Shown: positions 57,718 to 64,000 of the stretch, piece by piece | Position numbering within the stretch: position 1 is the stretch's first letter | Layout: each line of letters starts with the position of its first letter | Source of the DNA: Armatimonadota bacterium | GTDB taxonomy: Bacteria > Armatimonadota > UBA5829 > DSUL01 | Direction of reading: 5' to 3' | NCBI GenBank assembly: GCA_039811685.1 | Contig: JBDHZC010000007.1 | Coordinates: 1 to 64,000 of the forward strand | Length of the DNA stretch: 64,000 bases | Made by a program: the position numbers and the translations under genes | The notes under the pieces: model-generated | What the model was told of the DNA's origin: nothing | What the model saw: the letters and a program-made list of their open reading frames with translations, nothing else | Databases searched by the model: none

Positions 57718-59040
57718 TCAACATTTCTGCTTGATCTTCGTGCGCGAAGGCTCCGGAAGCTGTTTGAGATCGCGGAGAGATCCAAGATGGCGAAGCTCCG
57801 GGAAGAGAAATGTGGCGGCGGTGACGACAATAATAGTCCCCACTCCACCAGCCACAGCAGAGAAAACCGCTCCGAAAAACCGGGCTACGACGCCCGACTC
57901 AAACTCACCAAACTGGTTAGATGTGCCGATAAACACACCATTGACGGCTGAAACTCGCCCTCGCAAAGAGTCCGGCGTACGCACCTGCACCAGTGTCTGG
58001 CGGACAACTACGCTAATGTTGTCAAATGCTCCCGTCAGGAATAGCATAACAAACGAAAGCCAGAAGTTTCTTGACAGCCCGAACACGATTGTGGCCACTC
58101 CAAAGCCAGCGACGGCAAGCAGCATGGAGCGGCCTGCGCGGCGCAGCGGCGGCCGTATCGCTATAGATACAGCCATCACACTCGCCCCAATAGCCGGGCT
58201 TGCCCGCAGCCAACCATAGTGCACGGGGCCTACATGCAGAATATCGGTTGCGAAAATCGGCAACAGAGTGGTGGCTCCCCCGAGAAGAACCGCAAACATG
58301 TCCAGGGCTATGGCTCCAAAGATTTCGCGCGTCTGCCAGACAAAGCGGAGTCCGGCGCCCAGCTCTCTCAGGGAGAAGCTGCGCTCTGCCTGCTTGACAT
58401 GTCTGGACGCAATCAGCGAGATGGAGCCGAAACACAACATTGTGGAGACCGCGTCGAGAAGGTAGACAGGCGTGGCGCGTCCTGTGAGGCCGATGACTAT
58501 ACCGGCCAGACCCGGTCCTACCGAGGAAGCCATCTGAAATCCGCCACTGCTCCAGGTGGCTGCGTTGTTGAAAGCTGTCAAAGGGAGAAGCTGCGGCAGC
58601 ATAGCACTCCGTGCTGGGGAGTAGAAAGCCTGCGCTATACCCATCAACAAGAGACAGCCGTACACGAGCGCTACGGGAGCAGCAGTATAGGATATCAAAG
58701 CCAGACCGATTGACCCGAGCGTAAGGAGAAGCTGGCAACACAGGATGATGAGGCGGCGATCCACCCTGTCGGCCAGATGTCCGGCAGGCAGAAAAAGGGC
58801 AACTACTGGAATAATCTGCACCAGGCCAACATAGGCCAGCGCCATTGCCGAATGAGTGCGTCCATACAGCTCCCAGCCCACCGCAGCCTGAAACATCTGC
58901 GTTCCAAGCGTCGTGATGACGCTACCCGCAAACCACAAACGAAAATCGCGATAGCGCATGGCCTGCAGTGGGTCGTGATGCAGAGCGCCCGGACCTTCTG
59001 ATATCTCTGACTCTACGGGGTCTTTTGTCTCTTCAGGCAC
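57718..59040 (-). CDS. MFS transporter (EntS/DHA3-like)
   Basis: About 12 TM segments; GHLADRVDRR motif A; PDSLRGRV. Confidence 0.92.
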   Translation of the reverse strand: MPEETKDPVESEISEGPGALHHDPLQAMRYRDFRLWFAGSVITTLGTQMFQAAVGWELYGRTHSAMALAYVGLVQIIPVVALFLPAGHLADRVDRRLIILCCQLLLTLGSIGLALISYTAAPVALVYGCLLLMGIAQAFYSPARSAMLPQLLPLTAFNNAATWSSGGFQMASSVGPGLAGIVIGLTGRATPVYLLDAVSTMLCFGSISLIASRHVKQAERSFSLRELGAGLRFVWQTREIFGAIALDMFAVLLGGATTLLPIFATDILHVGPVHYGWLRASPAIGASVMAVSIAIRPPLRRAGRSMLLAVAGFGVATIVFGLSRNFWLSFVMLFLTGAFDNISVVVRQTLVQVRTPDSLRGRVSAVNGVFIGTSNQFGEFESGVVARFFGAVFSAVAGGVGTIIVVTAATFLFPELRHLGSLRDLKQLPEPSRTKIKQKC

Positions 59041-59090
59041 CGGCGCCGCCCATCAGGCGCCCGTCAGGAAAACCACTCATAAACGTGAGG

Positions 59091-59891
59091 CTATGTCCAG
59101 CTTTCGCACCCGGCAAAGGACATATGCTTTGACTCTATGTAGCGCGGCCGGGCCACATAGCTGTTCACTCCGGGGACGGCCTCACCGCGCAACAGGAGCG
59201 CACACGGCCACGGCTCATCTGAGAGGATGCGGGTCGTAGTAGGAATGTAGCGAATAGTCAAGCCTGCCCTGCGCCTGGGTGAGTTGTTTGCCTCTGAGCC
59301 ATGGATGATATTGGGGTGGTGCACGGAAACATCGCCTGCGTTCAAAATGACATCTACGGCCTGGGAAGCGTCAACCAGACTCGGATCTATCTCTGAACTA
59401 AGGACGCTCTCCACCTCTGAGTTAATCTGAAGTTGCTGCAGATCCATCGTCTGCGACCCTGGAATTACCCGCATGCAGCCGTTTTCAGGCGTAGAGTCGT
59501 CCACAGCCAGCCAGAGAGTCACAACCTCCATCGGCTCCAGGGGCCAGTAACTCCCGTCCTGATGCCACAGCACTGGCTTGCCGTCAAACGGCGGCTTGGC
59601 GATGTAGTGCGATGCGAACAGGGCCATGTTTGGACCGACAAACTGCTCCGCGATATCAAGCAGCCCCGGATCGCTTATTAGGCGCACCCAGAACGGATCA
59701 TCCGCGACCAGTGTGTGGCCGAACTGCTCTGGACGCAACTCGGGATGCTGCTGCTGAAGCCACTCTACGTGATTGCGAGCTTCCTGCACAAGTTCGGGGC
59801 TGATAGCGCTTCGAAAGATGGCGTAGCCGTCGCGGTCGTACATCTCTTTTCCGGAGGCAACGCGGCTTGATGAGACTTCCGGGGTAGACAT
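59091..59891 (-). CDS. Phytanoyl-CoA dioxygenase (PhyH) family Fe(II)/2OG enzyme
   Basis: WHQD, ENGCMRVIPGS and HGSEAN.S..RR motifs. Confidence 0.92.
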   Translation of the reverse strand: MSTPEVSSSRVASGKEMYDRDGYAIFRSAISPELVQEARNHVEWLQQQHPELRPEQFGHTLVADDPFWVRLISDPGLLDIAEQFVGPNMALFASHYIAKPPFDGKPVLWHQDGSYWPLEPMEVVTLWLAVDDSTPENGCMRVIPGSQTMDLQQLQINSEVESVLSSEIDPSLVDASQAVDVILNAGDVSVHHPNIIHGSEANNSPRRRAGLTIRYIPTTTRILSDEPWPCALLLRGEAVPGVNSYVARPRYIESKHMSFAGCESWT

Positions 59892-59972
59892 AGGTCGGTT
59901 TCTCCTGAGCTAAGAGTAGAGGTCATTTAGAGTATACCACCGTCACTCAGGTCGTCCACCCGTAATCACACG

Positions 59973-60001
59973 AAAAAGGCCCCGGGGATTCCCCCGGGGC
60001 C
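59973..60001 (-). terminator. Rho-independent terminator of the PEP-CTERM gene
   Basis: 10-bp stem GGCCCCGGGG/CCCCGGGGCC followed by TTTTT on the minus strand. Confidence 0.85.
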
Positions 60002-60071
60002 GAAGATCTCTATTCACTGGGAGCCAACTACAGGTGGTCTGGCAGGACTACCAAGCTGAACCTTCCCGAGT

Positions 60072-60716
60072 TTAGCGGCGGCGGCGCAGTCCGAGCAGAC
60101 TGGTAAGCCCCAGACCTGCCAACACCATTGAGGCTGGCTCAGGCACAGGCGGCGTGCTGATGAAGGCAGACACTTTCGTAATGCCGCCAGTCGCTGTCGG
60201 ATCGAGCAGCAGCGTGCCATCCTGGAAGCCTGGGATGCCAGTCGTCAGATTCACGAGGCGATAGTTCACCGGCCCAATAGTGGTATCGGTCGGCGACGCC
60301 CACTTGATCTCAACAAAACCACTGTTAAACGCGACCGTGCCGGAGATCTTCGAAGACAGCGTTCCGGCGCCAACAGATGGAACGGTCTGATTGATCGTCA
60401 GATCAAAAGCCGACTCAATCGGTGATGTCGGAATGGTGATCGCCCCGGGGCCAACCATATTGACCGTGAACGTGCCAAGATCGGCGACGACCGGTGTGTT
60501 CAGGTTCCCAGAACCATTGTTGAAGATGAGCTGCAGAGTGTTTGTACCATCCGTGAAGCTCAGGCCGTTGACAATGGCCGTTGCGCCGGTTCCAGCCGTG
60601 AAAGCGCCGGATGTAGTGTACTGCACGTTGTCCGCAGTTGCGGGAGCAAATCCCGAAACAGCCATCAATGCGGCTGCACCCAGAGTCAAGAATGCGAGCC
60701 TATAAATCTTTGCCAT
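60072..60716 (-). CDS. PEP-CTERM sorting domain protein
   Basis: Signal peptide; Thr/Gly-rich body; VPEPAS + TM + RRRR C-terminus. Confidence 0.93.
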   Translation of the reverse strand: MAKIYRLAFLTLGAAALMAVSGFAPATADNVQYTTSGAFTAGTGATAIVNGLSFTDGTNTLQLIFNNGSGNLNTPVVADLGTFTVNMVGPGAITIPTSPIESAFDLTINQTVPSVGAGTLSSKISGTVAFNSGFVEIKWASPTDTTIGPVNYRLVNLTTGIPGFQDGTLLLDPTATGGITKVSAFISTPPVPEPASMVLAGLGLTSLLGLRRRR

Positions 60717-61020
60717 GATCCCACCTTTTTGTGAAAAATAGAGTTGCCGAATTAGATCTCGAACGTGGACCAAACCGGTAGAAATCGACAGTGATAAATC
60801 CAGTTTACACACTTAGGCGGCAAACTGCACCTAGTACTTTTACGAAATTTCAGCGAGGCTTGTTTAGTCTCGCCTGCCTGTCTTGTTTCAAGCCACGATC
60901 GGCTGACAGTTGCGAACGCTGTTGCGGATGTCAAAACGCCACACGGGGGCAACGCCACTCCCGCGCTTCGAGTGCGACAACTGTAACTACTTATTCTACC
61001 GGATTATCCGCGAAAATGCA

Positions 61021-61947
61021 ATGGCTTCTGAAATAATTCCTATTACTAACGTTGAGGCTGATACCGTTTTGTCCGCATGGCTCGGCCGCGATGCGCACTG
61101 TGACTCCGTCCAGCCACTACACGGCGGTATGATCCACAGCGTGCTGAAGCTCCGCTTCGATAGCGCACCGCACGCAGCAGTTGTCAAAATAAGCCGGCAA
61201 AAGGAAAATCCATTTGCAGCCGAAGCGATGGCACTGCGACACCTGAAAGAGCGCACTCAGCTACCTGTCCCTCACGTGTACGCCTGCTCCTCTGCGGGAA
61301 CGGTGATAGACAAGCACGTGCTGCTGATGGAGTTTCTGGAAGGTGAGACCCTCGGCACGTCTGGGCTTACAAAGGTTGAGCGCGAGCAGATTGATTGTCA
61401 ACTGGCTGAGATTCTTCTGGCGTTGCACAGCCACAGCGCCGAGTGCTTTGGTAGTCTGGACGGCACTGTGAAGAGCTCAAGCTGGCTGGACTACTTCCGC
61501 CCTCGCCTGCGAGCCAACTACGAACACAGCGCCCATCGGCTACCGAACTCAACCCGTGAACTCGTACCAGAGCTGCTGGAAGGAATGGATGCGATCTTTG
61601 CGTCCCAAAGCACGCCCACTCTCGTCCACGGAGATATCTGGGTAACGAATGTCTTGATCACCCGGACGGCAGACGGCTGGCGGATCACCGGACTCATAGA
61701 CCCGAGCTCTATCTACGCAGACGTAGAGTTCGAGCTGGCCTACATGGAAGCCTTTCAGACCGTGGGGCCAGCGTTCTTCAAGCGCTATTGCGCCGAACGT
61801 CAATTACGAGAGGGCTACGAACAACGCAGACTCTACTATTGGCTCAGCACGATGCTGCGTCACGTTGAGCTTTTTGGAGATCAGCATTTTGTCGAAAGGA
61901 CAGATAGAATTGCGCGTCAGCTGCAGATGTGGGTGGGCAGCGGTTAG
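61021..61947 (+). CDS. Fructosamine kinase / aminoglycoside phosphotransferase family protein
   Basis: LVHGDIW..N and IDP..IYADVEFELA motifs. Confidence 0.88.
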   Translation: MASEIIPITNVEADTVLSAWLGRDAHCDSVQPLHGGMIHSVLKLRFDSAPHAAVVKISRQKENPFAAEAMALRHLKERTQLPVPHVYACSSAGTVIDKHVLLMEFLEGETLGTSGLTKVEREQIDCQLAEILLALHSHSAECFGSLDGTVKSSSWLDYFRPRLRANYEHSAHRLPNSTRELVPELLEGMDAIFASQSTPTLVHGDIWVTNVLITRTADGWRITGLIDPSSIYADVEFELAYMEAFQTVGPAFFKRYCAERQLREGYEQRRLYYWLSTMLRHVELFGDQHFVERTDRIARQLQMWVGSG

Positions 61948-62246
61948 GCCTCAAAGTCGTACACCTGGATGCGCTGCCAGGCGCTTCGGTGTTTTTCAAC
62001 GAACTGCATATGGAGCGGATGCGAGGCGTACACGTCGTAACCAGCCTTGTCGTCGAAGACAACGCACAATCCGACATCGTAGGTGTTGTCGACGACATCA
62101 CGCTGCGTCATAGCCGGAGTGCCAGACCATAGGTGACGCACGGTGGCAATCTTTGTCAGCAACGATTGACAGTCTGCGGACATCTCACCGATCCTATTCT
62201 CTCGATCTTCTCCGCTGAGCCAGAAGTACACACAGTGAACGAACAA
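61944..62246 (-). CDS. Dabb family (stress-responsive alpha/beta barrel) protein
   Basis: HCVYFWL...Y..HPLH..FV...VYDF pattern; AGGAGG RBS. Confidence 0.88.
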   Translation of the reverse strand: MFVHCVYFWLSGEDRENRIGEMSADCQSLLTKIATVRHLWSGTPAMTQRDVVDNTYDVGLCVVFDDKAGYDVYASHPLHMQFVEKHRSAWQRIQVYDFEA

Positions 62247-62311
62247 CTAATTCCTCCTTCTACACGTAACAATGAGGGCGGCCCTGGCACTGGCCCGACA
62301 ACGTACCGAGG

Positions 62312-63340
62312 CTAAAAAACAAGCGTCCTTCCCTGCCGGTGAGCCTGATGCCTGGTGTAGGAAATCCCGTGAGCTTTGATCCCTGCGGGGCTCAGAAGCG
62401 TAATAGTCCCGCCAGTCGTACCGAGCCGCATGTGGCTTTCCATCTCAAATGACGCGGTCCCGCCCCCTCTTATAAGACCTGCCAGACGCTGCTGATTGCC
62501 GTGGCTGTCCTGCAGGCGCCATTCTGACAGATTCACGTCTTCAGCGCATGGGTTCAGAAGCGTAACTCTCTGTGTGTCCGCTCCTGACGGATTGACAAGC
62601 GCCGCGATAATGCGGATGTCACTTTCGGGACAGATTCGTTGCGGGCGAGCGAGGTGCGGCTCCGGCTCTGGAGGCAGGAGCGCGTGACCAGTCAATCCGT
62701 CAGTCTGCCATATCTGCGACTGAAACGCGAGAAATATCCCGACCCATTGATCTGCCCCTCTGAAATGAAAGATCAGCCCTCCGTCCTGCCATACACCGTC
62801 ATCCGCAACGTGCCGTGGATCATTCCCCTGATTCATATGCACATCGTGAACTCCACGCTCGGGCACGAAGTGAAAAAAGGCGTCTTTGCGGCCAGGCAGC
62901 GGCCCCCAGTGGGAGCCAAACGCATAAAGAATCGCCGTGGAGTCGTGTATGGCCCTCTGGACGTAATGATTCAGAAAGTCAGCCAGATCGTTGTGAGGCC
63001 CCGGAGCGAACGCGGGCGCAGGCTTCATCAGCGCAGGGTCAAACAGATTCCCACGAATATAGTCCAGACATGGCTCGCTGGAAGCGCCGAAGAGACGAGT
63101 GAATCCCTGCGGCATATCCACGAGCTGATCCTGAATGGGATGCTCAAAGTGAGAGTCAATATAGTAGAGCAGATCAAAAGGGTGTGGCCCGTCCACCTCC
63201 ACACGCGAACGGATGTTGACGGACACGCGGTAGTCGCTGCGGCCACCCTTCACACGAATTTCAAACCGCCCCGGCTCAGGCACTCCTATATGCCGGTCCA
63301 CAACGTGCCCGGTGAGAACTCCATACCTCTGTACAGACAT
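62312..63340 (-). CDS. YukJ/DUF2278 family protein with C-terminal lamin-tail-like domain
   Basis: YGVL.G, LDYIRGNLF, GVHDVHMNQGN, WQDGGL and FQSQ.W.TD motifs; IIAALVNP.G.D...VTLLN tail. Confidence 0.88.
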   Translation of the reverse strand: MSVQRYGVLTGHVVDRHIGVPEPGRFEIRVKGGRSDYRVSVNIRSRVEVDGPHPFDLLYYIDSHFEHPIQDQLVDMPQGFTRLFGASSEPCLDYIRGNLFDPALMKPAPAFAPGPHNDLADFLNHYVQRAIHDSTAILYAFGSHWGPLPGRKDAFFHFVPERGVHDVHMNQGNDPRHVADDGVWQDGGLIFHFRGADQWVGIFLAFQSQIWQTDGLTGHALLPPEPEPHLARPQRICPESDIRIIAALVNPSGADTQRVTLLNPCAEDVNLSEWRLQDSHGNQQRLAGLIRGGGTASFEMESHMRLGTTGGTITLLSPAGIKAHGISYTRHQAHRQGRTLVF

Positions 63341-63342
63341 GG

Positions 63343-63372
63343 AAAAAGGGACGAAACCAGATGGTTCGTCCC
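63343..63372 (-). terminator. Rho-independent terminator of sod
   Basis: GGGACGAA...TTCGTCCC stem followed by TTTTT on the minus strand. Confidence 0.75.
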
Positions 63373-63416
63373 CGTAATGTTAGACGCTGGTTGTCAACAC
63401 GCCTTCCGGGCGAGAC

Positions 63417-64000
63417 TCAACCCCTGGCGTTCTTGTAGTTTTCGTTCGCCTGCTCCCAGTTGACTACGTTCCACCAACTGGACACATAATCCGGCCGCCG
63501 GTTCTGATACTTCAGATAATAAGCGTGCTCCCACACATCCAGACCGAGGACCGGTGTCTTACCTTCCATCTGTGGGCAGTCCTGATTCGGAGTGCTGCTG
63601 ACCTCGAGCTTGCCGCCCGACACTGACAACCACGCCCAACCTGAGCCAAAGCGCGTCTTGGCAGCGTTTTCAAACTGCTCCTTGAACTGCTCGAACGATC
63701 CAAACTGCTGATTGATCGCCTCCGCCAGCTCGCCCGTTGGCTGTCCACCGCCGTTCGGCTTCATCAGCTTCCAGAACAGGCTGTGGTTGGCATGGCCGCC
63801 GCCATTATTGCGCACTGCGGCCGGCAACTTGTCCGCACCTTTCGCGAGAATCTCCTCAAGGCTCAGCTTCTCATATTCTGTGCCTTCAATGGCCTTGTTC
63901 AGATTGGTGACATAAGCGCCGTGATGCTTGTCGTGATGAATTTCCATCGTCTTGGCGTCAATAGTAGGCTCCAGCGCATCGTTGGCGTAAGGCAGTGGTG
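63417..64000 (-). CDS. sodA: Superoxide dismutase Mn/Fe (5' end just outside the window)
   Basis: [11 protein letters not shown]...[15 protein letters not shown] and DVWEHAYY motifs; GGG pattern typical of Mn-type enzymes. Confidence 0.93.
   Translation of the reverse strand, partial: PLPYANDALEPTIDAKTMEIHHDKHHGAYVTNLNKAIEGTEYEKLSLEEILAKGADKLPAAVRNNGGGHANHSLFWKLMKPNGGGQPTGELAEAINQQFGSFEQFKEQFENAAKTRFGSGWAWLSVSGGKLEVSSTPNQDCPQMEGKTPVLGLDVWEHAYYLKYQNRRPDYVSSWWNVVNWEQANENYKNARG

Noticed and set aside
1..64000. CRISPR arrays, tRNA/rRNA, IS elements, prophage
   Set aside because: No spaced repeats, cloverleaf signatures, transposase, integrase or phage structural genes seen by eye; short elements could have been missed.

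Overview
GC-rich bacterial chromosomal segment with about 45 genes and no rRNA, tRNA, CRISPR array or recognisable mobile element. Housekeeping and stress genes include tatC, a xylA-type isomerase, lhr, a DUF1998 helicase, phnDCE, ilvD, an orphan 2-oxoacid dehydrogenase E2, hsp20-lon, a P1B ATPase, ispH and sod. Envelope and secreted genes include an Ig-repeat surface protein, a CBM-like protein with a tandem OB-like tail, three TlpA thioredoxins, an LptD-like barrel, an MBOAT/SGNH pair and a PEP-CTERM protein. A diderm envelope, a Gram-positive-type LexA box and the OB-like tail suggest Armatimonadota (inference). Most notable: (1) a Tat-exported sugar oxidoreductase/isomerase cluster whose FGE-domain protein carries a DAISRPS variant of the flavinylation motif and overlaps apbE head-to-head; (2) an unannotated candidate ~85-nt sRNA with promoter, anti-Shine-Dalgarno hairpin and terminator; (3) an orphan ParB with an 8-Cys tail; (4) an OB-like module shared by two secreted proteins; (5) a ~130-nt rod-shaped candidate ncRNA; (6) a 1-bp lesion that detaches a lipoprotein signal from MpaA. 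All family assignments are from motif recognition by eye; no searches were run.
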